Source of the DNA: Acaryochloris thomasi RCC1774 | GTDB lineage: Bacteria > Cyanobacteriota > Cyanobacteriia > Thermosynechococcales > Thermosynechococcaceae | DNA: 32,000 nt | NCBI RefSeq assembly: GCF_003231495.1 | Contig: NZ_PQWO01000002.1 | Location: 270,001 to 302,000 of the forward strand | Direction: 5' to 3' | Shown: in pieces, positions 1-8,211 of the stretch | Numbering within the stretch: position 1 is the first letter of the stretch | Layout of the letters: each line of letters begins with the position of its first letter | The notes under the pieces: generated by a model | Databases searched by the model: none | What the model saw: only the letters and a program-made list of their open reading frames with translations | What the model was told of the DNA's origin: nothing | Made by a program: the position numbers and the translations under genes

Positions 1-548
1 TGCATCAACCTTTCTTCTACCTCGGCGGTGATGGCAAGAGCTGTGAGTTTGTCTTCTGATGGGGGAACAGACACGCTTGAAGAGCTCTTCAGGACTGGAG
101 CCTGATGCTGCTTCTTCTGGAGCTGCTCTTCTAACTGAACGAGAATAACCTGAGCTGCAGTGCAGTCAATCTCCTTTGCTCCGGAGGTTTGCTGTACATG
201 AGCCAACAGGGAGAGTTTGAGTGTTTGACTAACCTGGCAGAGCCTTTCTAGCTCGGTCGTCCGCGGATGCGGCTGCGATAGAGAACAGAGCCGTTCTACA
301 CGATGCATTGAATATTGAAGCGTTGTGAGGCCCAGTTGAGCGGCCCCGCTTTCGATAATCTGTACGGCCTGAACAATGGATTGTCGCTGATCAGCAGAGC
401 TGGGATTTTGTGCTGCTTGACGGAGATCGGCTTCGATTTCCTGAAATAACTCCACTGCTTCTTGGACAAAGAGTTGATAGGCTGAATCTCGGTCTTCTAG
501 GGGAAGGGAGGTAAAGGATGAAGATGGGGAGCTGCCGTTATCATGCAT
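1..548 (-). CDS. CheA-like histidine kinase / Hpt-domain protein, N-terminal fragment (continues beyond window position 1)
   Basis: Absent from the ORF track because it has no stop in the window. My translation of the minus strand from the ATG at 548-546 gives MHDNGSSPSSSFTSLPLEDRDSAYQLFVQEAVELFQEIEADLRQAAQNPSSADQRQSIVQAVQIIESGAAQLGLTTLQYSMHRVERL... It stays open for 182 codons to the window edge. The helical Hpt-like pattern (..xxxxSGAAxLGL..) matches the N-terminus of CheA/PixL/TaxAY-type kinases. The ATG lies 8 nt after the stop of the upstream MCP gene. Confidence 0.6.
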   Translation of the reverse strand, partial: MHDNGSSPSSSFTSLPLEDRDSAYQLFVQEAVELFQEIEADLRQAAQNPSSADQRQSIVQAVQIIESGAAQLGLTTLQYSMHRVERLCSLSQPHPRTTELERLCQVSQTLKLSLLAHVQQTSGAKEIDCTAAQVILVQLEEQLQKKQHQAPVLKSSSSVSVPPSEDKLTALAITAEVEERLM

Positions 549-556
549 GAGTTCGT

Positions 557-3500
557 CTAACCTTCTATGGCCTCTACAGAACTCGTTAAACGGTTAAAAG
601 ACTCTACCACCGTCGCGGATGTCTCGGCGGTGTGATTGGTAAGATTGGCAACTTCCACGGCTGAATGATTTGCGGCTTCTGATTGATGGGCTTGATGGGT
701 CGCGGCTTGGGTCATCTGTCCCAACAGGGAGAGGAGTTGATAGCTAGAGGCTGCGACTTGTCCGAGTTGCTGCTGGATCTCAACGACAGCCTGGGTACTG
801 GTCAACGTTTGCTGCTGACCGTTAATGAATAGATTAGAAGTGTTTTGAACATTTGCACGGATAGTTTGTACTAGGGGCTTGACTTCAGTGAGGCCGCTGT
901 CTAACTCACGGGCAAGGGCATGGATTTTCTCGCCGATATCGGCAAATTCCTGGCCTGCGCTTCCCTTGCGGGCCGACTCTAGGGTCACGTTCATGGCCTG
1001 GAGCTTGACTTCTGCAGCTAGGGCATTCACTTGAGTGATCAGGGCATCAAGCTGCTGCGCAGGTTGTCCCAGGACTTGAATTTGCTCCGCCGCGCTGGTG
1101 AAGATGGTCTCTAGGGCTGTGATGCTGTCTCGCATTTGCTCTACCACTGCCTGGTTGGTCTGGATGCCTTGATTGACTCGCTGGCTATGCTGTTCTCCCT
1201 GCTCGAAGGCTCGAACCATCCCCTGTGTGGAGTCTGCTAACGCTTTGATGTGATTGTAGAGTGTGCTCACCGACACCATCTGCTGACGACTTTGATCCGC
1301 TAAATGCTGAATGGCACCTTTGCTCTGTGAAAGAAAGGTGCTGATTTGCCGCTGTAGGTTTTCTCTCTGCTGCTGATTCTGTGTAGAGGTTCCCTGTGCC
1401 AGTTGATACGCTTGGTCCATCTGAGCCAGTAGGCGGGCATGATCGAGGGCATATCCTACCTGCTGGGCGACTTGAGTCATCAATGTGATGTCGGTGGTCT
1501 GCCAATGACGAGGGCCAGAGCATTGGTGGGCGATCAGAAGGCCAAAGAGCTGTTGGTCTTTCAGGATCGGAACAACCAAGTTGGCTCGGATTCCAAACTG
1601 CTCGAGCTGCTGCCGATAACATTCTCCGATGCCTGCAGATTGCACATCAGCAATGCTGTGGGCGCGACCCGACTGATATTGCTTTACGAAACCTTCGGCA
1701 AAGCAGGGATCTTTGATCTCAGCCCATAGTGTCTTTGGAAAGCCGGGTAAGACAGCTTCAGCCACGACGGTGCCATACCAATCAGCATCGAAGCCATATA
1801 TAATCACGCGGTCTGCTTTGAGGGCTTTACGCATTTCTGTGACGGTGGTGCTGAGGATATCTTCTTCAATTAGAGAAGCACGAATACTTTGGGTCAGACT
1901 TTTGATCAGACGCGCTTTTTGATCTTCGGCATCTAAGCGAGCTGCAAAACGAGCGTGTTCGAGGGCATATCCTACTTGGAGGGCGATCTGGCCAATGAAG
2001 TTTTGCTCGGTCTGTTGCCACTGGCGCGGTCCTGAGCATTGATGGGCGATTAGAAGGCCAAATAATTGATTGTCCTTGAGGATGGGCGCAACTAAGTTGG
2101 CCTTGACTTCAAAGGCTTCTAACTGTTGAAGATAGCAGTCCCCAAGATCTGCGGATTGAATATTGTCAATAGCGTGAATGCGACCTGCTTGGTATTTCTC
2201 AACAAATCCTTCAGCGAAGCAGGGATCGTGAATCTCAGCCCACAGAGCCTTAGAAAAACCGGGTAGTACAGACTCGGCTACGACTGTTCCGTACCAGTCA
2301 GTGTCGAAGGTATAGACGACGACCCGGTCTGCCTTCAGTGCTTTGCGGACTTCTGTTGTTGTGGTGCTCAAGACATCCTCTTCGTCTAGAGAGGATCGAA
2401 TGCTGCGCGAGACGGTTAGAAGTTGATGGGTCTGTTCGGCTTGTTCGTTGAGTCTCTGGATCAGGTGGGCGCTGTGGAGCGCTGCGCTAATTTGGGCTGC
2501 TACCTGGGTGACAACTTCGATCTCTGCTGTTTGCCAAGGGCGCGGCCCTGAGCATTGATGGGCGATCAGTAGCCCAAACAATTGACCCTCTTTGATGATG
2601 GGGGCAATTAGGTTTGCTTTGACCCCAAACTGCTCTAGTAAACCAATGTGGCAGTCAGAGAGGTTGGCAGCGTAGATGTTGTCAATGGCTTTGACGCGAC
2701 CTTCTTGATATAGGGCACTATAGCCACTATCGAAGCAGGGATCGTGAATGGTTGACCATAGTAGTTTGGCCCATCCCGGTCCGACATCTTCGGCGACAAA
2801 GGTTCCTTCGCCACTGGCGTTGAAGCGAAATACGCTGACCCTGTCTGTTCTTAGCAGCTTTCGGGTTGAGATGACGGCAGTGCTTAAAAGATTTTCTTCT
2901 GTTTGACTGTTCTGGAGATGGTCGGTGATCTCCATGAGGACCTGAAATTTTTGGGTCTCTTCTTGCTGTGTTGCCAGTAGGCTTGGGAGCTGTTGGCCGA
3001 TCAGGCTGACATTAGCTTCTAAGGCTTTCAGTTCGTCTTTCTGCCTGTTCTGAAGCTGGGTCTCAGCGTCTGATCTCTGGAGCCGATTCACGAGTGTTGT
3101 CGAGGTTTGCGAGGCCTGTAGGGCGGGTTGGATTGTGCGTCGAGCCAATAGGGTTGCGATCGCACCTGCCATCACGGCCATTAATCCGGTTCCCATTGCT
3201 AGGGGCGGCAGTATTTCATCAAGACGGGCCTCTATCTGTGGTCCACTGGGCTGCCCCTCTGCTTGCTGTCGTAAAGACTGATACGTCGTATAGGAACCCA
3301 AGCCGACCAGAAGCGTGGGCAGCACACTAACGCCCAGTGCCCAAAGGGTTACTTTTGCCTTCATGCTCGGGCCAGTAGAAGGCGGCACCGATGGTCGTGT
3401 TCGCTGTGCCTCTTTTTGGGGTGGGGTGGGGAGCGACACTTCGGTCGGCGTCGACTGAGAATTTTGTGAAGAAGGAAGCTGACGCATTGCTAAAGCCCTA

Positions 3501-3721
3501 AGTTGACGAAACTGCAGCTGATGAAAGGGAAGCTCAACGATAGGCTGTAACTGCCTCGTCTTTAGGACAGCAATAGGAGCCGATGCCACTACCTTAGCCG
3601 GTTGATCTTGAACAGATTGCTCGTCTGTATTGGCTTGTGAATTGAGTCTCTGAGCCATAGTGATTGATGCACTCAAAGGTCGAAAATGGTAGAAGATGCC
3701 CCCCTTTTCCAAGAGTCCCAC
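557..3721 (-). CDS. PixJ/TaxD1-like methyl-accepting (chemo/phototaxis) protein: 2 TM helices, HAMP-like linker, three DXCF cyanobacteriochrome-type GAF domains, C-terminal MCP signalling domain
   Basis: 1054-aa ORF. Hydrophobic helices lie at about aa 122-143 and 170-193, followed by a HAMP-like KDELKALEANVSLIGQQL. There are three homologous GAF units, each with DPCF, a downstream D/E-C-H/Y and LLIAHQCSGPRxWQ. The C-terminus carries the MCP hairpin-tip-like LQAMNVTLESARKGSAGQEFADIGEKIHALA. The track start at 3721 is a GTG. An ATG at 3658 (MAQRLNSQ...) is an equally plausible start. Confidence 0.9.
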   Translation of the reverse strand: MGLLEKGGIFYHFRPLSASITMAQRLNSQANTDEQSVQDQPAKVVASAPIAVLKTRQLQPIVELPFHQLQFRQLRALAMRQLPSSQNSQSTPTEVSLPTPPQKEAQRTRPSVPPSTGPSMKAKVTLWALGVSVLPTLLVGLGSYTTYQSLRQQAEGQPSGPQIEARLDEILPPLAMGTGLMAVMAGAIATLLARRTIQPALQASQTSTTLVNRLQRSDAETQLQNRQKDELKALEANVSLIGQQLPSLLATQQEETQKFQVLMEITDHLQNSQTEENLLSTAVISTRKLLRTDRVSVFRFNASGEGTFVAEDVGPGWAKLLWSTIHDPCFDSGYSALYQEGRVKAIDNIYAANLSDCHIGLLEQFGVKANLIAPIIKEGQLFGLLIAHQCSGPRPWQTAEIEVVTQVAAQISAALHSAHLIQRLNEQAEQTHQLLTVSRSIRSSLDEEDVLSTTTTEVRKALKADRVVVYTFDTDWYGTVVAESVLPGFSKALWAEIHDPCFAEGFVEKYQAGRIHAIDNIQSADLGDCYLQQLEAFEVKANLVAPILKDNQLFGLLIAHQCSGPRQWQQTEQNFIGQIALQVGYALEHARFAARLDAEDQKARLIKSLTQSIRASLIEEDILSTTVTEMRKALKADRVIIYGFDADWYGTVVAEAVLPGFPKTLWAEIKDPCFAEGFVKQYQSGRAHSIADVQSAGIGECYRQQLEQFGIRANLVVPILKDQQLFGLLIAHQCSGPRHWQTTDITLMTQVAQQVGYALDHARLLAQMDQAYQLAQGTSTQNQQQRENLQRQISTFLSQSKGAIQHLADQSRQQMVSVSTLYNHIKALADSTQGMVRAFEQGEQHSQRVNQGIQTNQAVVEQMRDSITALETIFTSAAEQIQVLGQPAQQLDALITQVNALAAEVKLQAMNVTLESARKGSAGQEFADIGEKIHALARELDSGLTEVKPLVQTIRANVQNTSNLFINGQQQTLTSTQAVVEIQQQLGQVAASSYQLLSLLGQMTQAATHQAHQSEAANHSAVEVANLTNHTAETSATVVESFNRLTSSVEAIEG
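1430..2938 (-). repeat. Three tandem GAF-domain coding repeats inside the MCP gene (about 2471-2938, 1946-2425, 1430-1906)
   Basis: The protein repeats are aa 262-417, 433-592 and 606-764. Units 2 and 3 align almost residue for residue: DRVVVYTFDTDWYGTVVAESVLPGF...HDPCFAEGFVEKYQ... against DRVIIYGFDADWYGTVVAEAVLPGF...KDPCFAEGFVKQYQ... They are also visibly alignable at nucleotide level by eye. Identity was not computed. Confidence 0.85.
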
Positions 3722-3764
3722 CTCAAGGTTACCAAGATCATCCGTCCTCAGGAGAAAATTCCGT

Positions 3765-5273
3765 CTAGAGCCAAGTCTCTGCCTGATGTCCTGGATGGCC
3801 TAAGCGTTCTATTAAAGTGACGAAGCCCACTCGCCACCATCCACAGGCACCGCGGGCAAAGCCTGTGCGGTTGAGGGGATCGGCAAAGCAAGCCGGGAAG
3901 CTGCCCCGTGGCGCTTGGGTGCTGAAGCCTAAGTGACTGTAATTAATCCACTGGCGATCAACACACCAACCCACCTGCTGTCCGAAGGCCGTCCATAGAG
4001 GATAGTCAAAGGCCGTTTTCCCTCCCAGCCCTTGGTAAATCTGTTTTTGTACTGTAAAACCAAACTGACCGTGACTAAAGGTCTGCCAAAGCTGATCTAA
4101 TGTTTCTAGATCTGGCTGGGGAATTTTACGAAGCGATCCGAGGCTAAGACTTCCTTCCGCCTGCCGATCCGCTGCCTGCAGCAGTAAATGCCAAGTTTCT
4201 TGGTCTGCTTCTCGGTAATTCTCGGCCGCCAGTAGGTTGCGTAACGGACGATAATCAAGACCAGCAGCACTCCTTAATAGAACTCGGTCACGCTGAGTTG
4301 TGACAGGGCCGCTTGGCGTACTCTTGGGTGCTGGAGTCTCTGGGGCTAAATCTTCAAGAACATGTGCTGCTGACGAATAGCGTTCCTCTACGTTTTGCTG
4401 CAGGAGCTTTGATAAAATCTGCTGAAACTCGGGGCTAATGTGGGTGGGAAGCGGACACCATTGCTGGCGCTGTGGGTCAAATAGGGGGTCAGAACCATCA
4501 TCTTGTGGCAAACTTGCCATCAACAATCGTAGACCAATGACGCCTAAACTATAGAGGTCGCTTGCGGGACAAACCCGCCCTTGGAGCTGCTCAGGGGCCG
4601 CATAGCCCGGGGTGCCGGTAATCGAGCGAAAGTCTGCGCTAGCGGCCATCGAACCGCCAAAGTCGATCAGGACTAGGCTGCTGTCGGGTTGCCGAATAAT
4701 ATTGCTGAGCTTAATGTCGCGGTGAATCACCTGCCGCTCATGTACAAATTGAAGCAGGGGCAGAAGTTGACCGAAAACAGAGCGAACCTGCTGTTCGCTG
4801 AAGGCACCCTGAGTGGCCAGGACCTCAAACAGACTGAGTCCATCAATAAACTCTTGGACGAGATAGAATCGCTGTTCTTGCTCAAAAAAAGCTAGGAGTG
4901 CGGGGATCTGGGGATGATTCCCCAGATCCCTGAGAATATGTGCCTCCTGCTTGAACAGATTCATGGAGGTTTGCAAGATTTCGTGATTTTGCTGGCGTGG
5001 CAAGAACTGCTTGATCACGCAGGGAGTGCGCAGCCGGTGTTCGTCAACGGCTGCGAAAGCACAGGCAAAACCACCGGAGCCGATGGTCCGAACGGCTCGA
5101 TAACGATCGCTGAGCAGCAGCTTAGATTGGCAGCGCTGACAACGTTCAACGGTGTTGGGGTTGGAATGTAGGCAGTCGGGATTCAGGCATTGTGTCATCT
5201 TCCAAGACACCACCCGCTCCTTAGGTTGAGGTGAGGATGGAGCCGATGAAGAACGGATCTGTTGTTGAGACAT
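3765..5273 (-). CDS. Ser/Thr protein kinase with N-terminal zinc-ribbon and C-terminal GUN4-like domain
   Basis: 502-aa ORF with an ATG start. The zinc ribbon is C-x4-C...C-x2-C (CLNPDC...CQRC). Hanks kinase motifs are present: GSGGFA, VIKQF, HRDIKLSNI, DFG, GTPGYAAPE. The C-terminal 160 aa or so (about 3774-4271) match the GUN4 pattern: GLDYRPLRNLLAAENYREADQET...DLETLDQLWQTFSHGQFGFTVQKQIY...VGW...APRGSFP. Confidence 0.85.
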   Translation of the reverse strand: MSQQQIRSSSAPSSPQPKERVVSWKMTQCLNPDCLHSNPNTVERCQRCQSKLLLSDRYRAVRTIGSGGFACAFAAVDEHRLRTPCVIKQFLPRQQNHEILQTSMNLFKQEAHILRDLGNHPQIPALLAFFEQEQRFYLVQEFIDGLSLFEVLATQGAFSEQQVRSVFGQLLPLLQFVHERQVIHRDIKLSNIIRQPDSSLVLIDFGGSMAASADFRSITGTPGYAAPEQLQGRVCPASDLYSLGVIGLRLLMASLPQDDGSDPLFDPQRQQWCPLPTHISPEFQQILSKLLQQNVEERYSSAAHVLEDLAPETPAPKSTPSGPVTTQRDRVLLRSAAGLDYRPLRNLLAAENYREADQETWHLLLQAADRQAEGSLSLGSLRKIPQPDLETLDQLWQTFSHGQFGFTVQKQIYQGLGGKTAFDYPLWTAFGQQVGWCVDRQWINYSHLGFSTQAPRGSFPACFADPLNRTGFARGACGWWRVGFVTLIERLGHPGHQAETWL

Positions 5274-5423
5274 TGTTGTTGCAGATCAGAAGGCAGACAT
5301 GAGCCTGTATAAATACTGAGTGTACCGATAGGCTTGAGCAAAGATATCCGTAAAACTACCGAAATACCTGTTCTCTCAATCATAGAAGTCGAAATTGTCT
5401 TCATGGTCAACTCTGGTCAGATT

Positions 5424-6209
5424 TTAGAGCCATCCTCGTAGGTGATAGATCCACCCACCCAGGTATTCTTTGCAGGCGCGCGTCGTCATCTCAAGGGCTT
5501 CTACGCTGGGGACCATTTCTAGCAGGCTGGTCATGATGCTTGGGCGCTGGCCGAGATCTGCGACTAAAAAGTCAGTGGGAGTTGCGATCGCATCTATCTC
5601 TAAATGCCGAAAGATAGCAATAGACCTCGGCATGTGGATCGCTGATGTGACCAAAAGAACGTGCCCTTGAAGCTGATTGGCCTCCAGAATTTTTTTGACA
5701 TTGACTGCATTCTCTCGAGTATTGAGTGCTAAAGGATCTTGCAAGATGGCAGAACGGGGCACCCCCATTGTCTCAATCAATTCCGCCATATCCATTGATT
5801 CTGCTTCCCCTGGCCGCTGCCACTCGATCCGACCGCCGGTCAGAATGAGCCGAGGAGCCCGCCCTTCTCGGTAGAGTTTGGCACCATACAGCAGTCGATC
5901 CCCTGATTCTGGGATCTCTATCCAGGGACGCGGTGAGAGCCTAGATCGCGTACAGCCGCCCAAGACAACGATCGCCTCCGCTCGGGGAACAGCCGCAGGC
6001 GGCAAAAACTGACGCTCCAGCGACCGCACCAGCCCGCGTGCCAAAAACGTATTGGATGCCAATAGCAAAATCGAGAGCGCTAGTGCTACTGCCCCCGCCG
6101 CAAATCGAGGCCGACGCCAAAACGTAAACGCTGCGATCCCCAAACACAGGCAGCTCAGCCCCAGGGGGTAAAAGAATAGAGGTAAAAGCTTAGATAGGAA
6201 TAGAAACAT
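5424..6209 (-). CDS. YdcF/DUF218 (ElyC/SanA-like) family membrane-anchored protein
   Basis: DUF218 motifs are AIVVLGG, LILTGG, NTRENA and LLVTSAIHMPRS. The N-terminus has hydrophobic helices. The track start at 6230 is a TTG. I prefer the ATG at 6209 (MFLFLSKLL...). Confidence 0.75.
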   Translation of the reverse strand: MFLFLSKLLPLFFYPLGLSCLCLGIAAFTFWRRPRFAAGAVALALSILLLASNTFLARGLVRSLERQFLPPAAVPRAEAIVVLGGCTRSRLSPRPWIEIPESGDRLLYGAKLYREGRAPRLILTGGRIEWQRPGEAESMDMAELIETMGVPRSAILQDPLALNTRENAVNVKKILEANQLQGHVLLVTSAIHMPRSIAIFRHLEIDAIATPTDFLVADLGQRPSIMTSLLEMVPSVEALEMTTRACKEYLGGWIYHLRGWL

Positions 6210-6289
6210 CACCTGCCGTGTCTGGCGCAATTAAAATCGAACCCCACGCGCGTGACCTGAGCCAGCCGCTGCAGAGATCGCAGGTTGAC

Positions 6290-7522
6290 CTACTCGGTAA
6301 TGGCGTCCAAATCACCAGACGCTTCTGTCTCTAAAGGTGTTGTTGTGACCCGTTCTGGAAGGCTGTCAGGTTTTTCAGGCGGTGTGACCTCAGGAGGCGT
6401 GGCTTCCTGTTCATCTATCTCAACAACGCTGGCGGGCAGGTCCGGCTGCTCTGGGGTCAATGCTGGCGTCTTCTCAGAAGGCTCTGCAGCGCCAGACTCT
6501 ATTGAATCAAGTTCAGGTAATTCATCAACGGTCGGTTCGGGCGCTGCTACCTCCACAATGGGGGCCGGTCGATAGTCTGGATCAACGATGCCCTGGGCCT
6601 GGGATGTGGTTAAGTCTCCTCGCACGATCTGAGCCAAGCTGTCTTGGCCGTCAGACTGCAGATCCACTAGGCGGACCGTCTCGTTATAGGTGTTTGCGAT
6701 CGCAACGCCCTTCTCATCCAAAAGCTCTAGGCGAACCCAGTTTGTCCCTGAGTGCAACCCTTCTAAATACAGCGACTTCCAGCCCGGTATTAAAAAGCTA
6801 TTATCGTTGACGGTTACCCGTACCTGCCCAGGGAAAACGTCTGATTGGCGGTCAGAGCCTGTCTCACTCTTCGGTAGGCCACTTACGTAAAAATCCAGCA
6901 GTACAGGTTCTGCACCCAAAAAATCTTGAGGTTGGTTATAGGTTAGTAGGGGGTGGGTAGACGTTGGTTGGTTGTCACGCGTTTTAGTGAAAACGTGAAA
7001 CGTCACCTCAGCATAGGCTCCCTGATTTTTAAAGCTCTCAAACCAGGGATAAACTGCCAACACTCGCAACGTATGTGTCCCAGGCTTCAACTTCCCCAAA
7101 GTCACCGGCTCCAGCAAATCGTAGATAGCCTGACCCGGCTGGTCATCTACAAAAAGACGTAGATGAGGTCCAAGACCCAGTTCCGCATTCTTAAAGATGG
7201 GCAAACCCTCCACCTGCAGATCTACGCTAACAGTCCTATCTTCAACCACCTGATCAGCCCTTGGACTTAAAATTTCGACCTGTGGTTGGCGCGATGACAA
7301 CAGCGAACGCAACTCTTGAATCACCTCCGGCGGTGAAACCTCAAAAATTTCAACATTGCGACTTGCTTGAAGCTTCGAGAAAATGCCTACTCCTGCATCT
7401 TCTGCAGCCATTGCCTCAATCGATACACCCGTGACGAACGCAAAAATGATTGCAACAAGCATCAGTTGCCTGATCCAAGCCCACCGCGTTTCTCTACCGC
7501 CGCTACGATACACGCCCTGCAC
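6290..7522 (-). CDS. Hypothetical exported protein with two internally similar beta-rich modules and an acidic Pro/Glu/Thr-rich C-terminal tail
   Basis: Long ORF of 410 aa. It has a signal-peptide-like N-terminus (RWAWIRQLMLVAIIFAFVTGVSIEAMAAED). Two modules share the pattern hVDD/VND...L..L..GTHxLRV (HLRLFVDDQP...GTHTLRVL and VRVTVNDNSF...GTNWVRLELL). The start is either the GTG at 7522 or the ATG at 7462. I did not recognise a family. Confidence 0.55.
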   Translation of the reverse strand: MQGVYRSGGRETRWAWIRQLMLVAIIFAFVTGVSIEAMAAEDAGVGIFSKLQASRNVEIFEVSPPEVIQELRSLLSSRQPQVEILSPRADQVVEDRTVSVDLQVEGLPIFKNAELGLGPHLRLFVDDQPGQAIYDLLEPVTLGKLKPGTHTLRVLAVYPWFESFKNQGAYAEVTFHVFTKTRDNQPTSTHPLLTYNQPQDFLGAEPVLLDFYVSGLPKSETGSDRQSDVFPGQVRVTVNDNSFLIPGWKSLYLEGLHSGTNWVRLELLDEKGVAIANTYNETVRLVDLQSDGQDSLAQIVRGDLTTSQAQGIVDPDYRPAPIVEVAAPEPTVDELPELDSIESGAAEPSEKTPALTPEQPDLPASVVEIDEQEATPPEVTPPEKPDSLPERVTTTPLETEASGDLDAITE

Positions 7523-7960
7523 ACTCCCGGTATTTAGAATCCAAAGTATTGCTCTAGAGGCACTATACCGGAAAAAACTCTTCCTCTAGCCAGGAATCCA
7601 TCGCCACCAATCTTTTCCATTGCAGCTAAGTCTCAACCCATAAATTCAAGCAGAATGGGGGCAAGATCGGCAGACGACCGCCTCTGAGCAAAACTGGAAT
7701 TTCACGCCGCCCAGTACTAAGAGATGCCGCCCACCCCCCTCGTAAAGCACTCCCGTCCTTATGCGAGGTCCATTTGTGGAGTAACTACACTTGCACAAGA
7801 CACCAACACCAAAGCAAAGTTAACAATCAATGCCTTTGTTCTCTTTATGTAAAGATTGCTGGATTTTTTGTTAACCTTTGTTATTCACGAGTGAATCAGG
7901 GTTTGACCGTCGAAGCACCTTAATTAATGTTAATTCCCTCGAAAAAATCTACTGGACTCC

Positions 7961-7966
7961 TATAAT
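7961..7966 (+). promoter_or_regulatory. Candidate -10 hexamer (TATAAT) in the 689-bp non-coding region upstream of psaA
   Basis: A perfect TATAAT lies about 245 nt upstream of the psaA ATG, with AT-rich sequence further upstream. There is no convincing -35 element. This is purely a sequence match. Confidence 0.25.
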
Positions 7967-8211
7967 TTCTTAGAGAGAACCCTTCCCGTACAGTTCTCTT
8001 GGCTGTCATCAGCGCTCTGTCTCGCAGATTGACTCGTTTCATTCTTTGCGGAATGTAAAGCCATGATGACGTTATATATGGATAAGTTCATGCACTTAAA
8101 CTTTTTACGTCTGTCATCGGTCGTCTGTTTTACAGCAGCTGAATTCAGCTCTGAGATTGTCCGGGACGGTACGTCTTCGTTCCTTGCTTGTCTAAAGAGA
8201 GGAGAGTCTCA

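Noticed and set aside
1185-3330. Track ORFs nested in or antisense to the MCP gene (1185-1622, 1439-1729, 1713-1922, 3094-3330)
   Set aside because: They lie entirely inside a long, motif-rich CDS. Their Arg/Ser/Pro-rich translations are typical of off-frame reading and carry no recognisable motifs.
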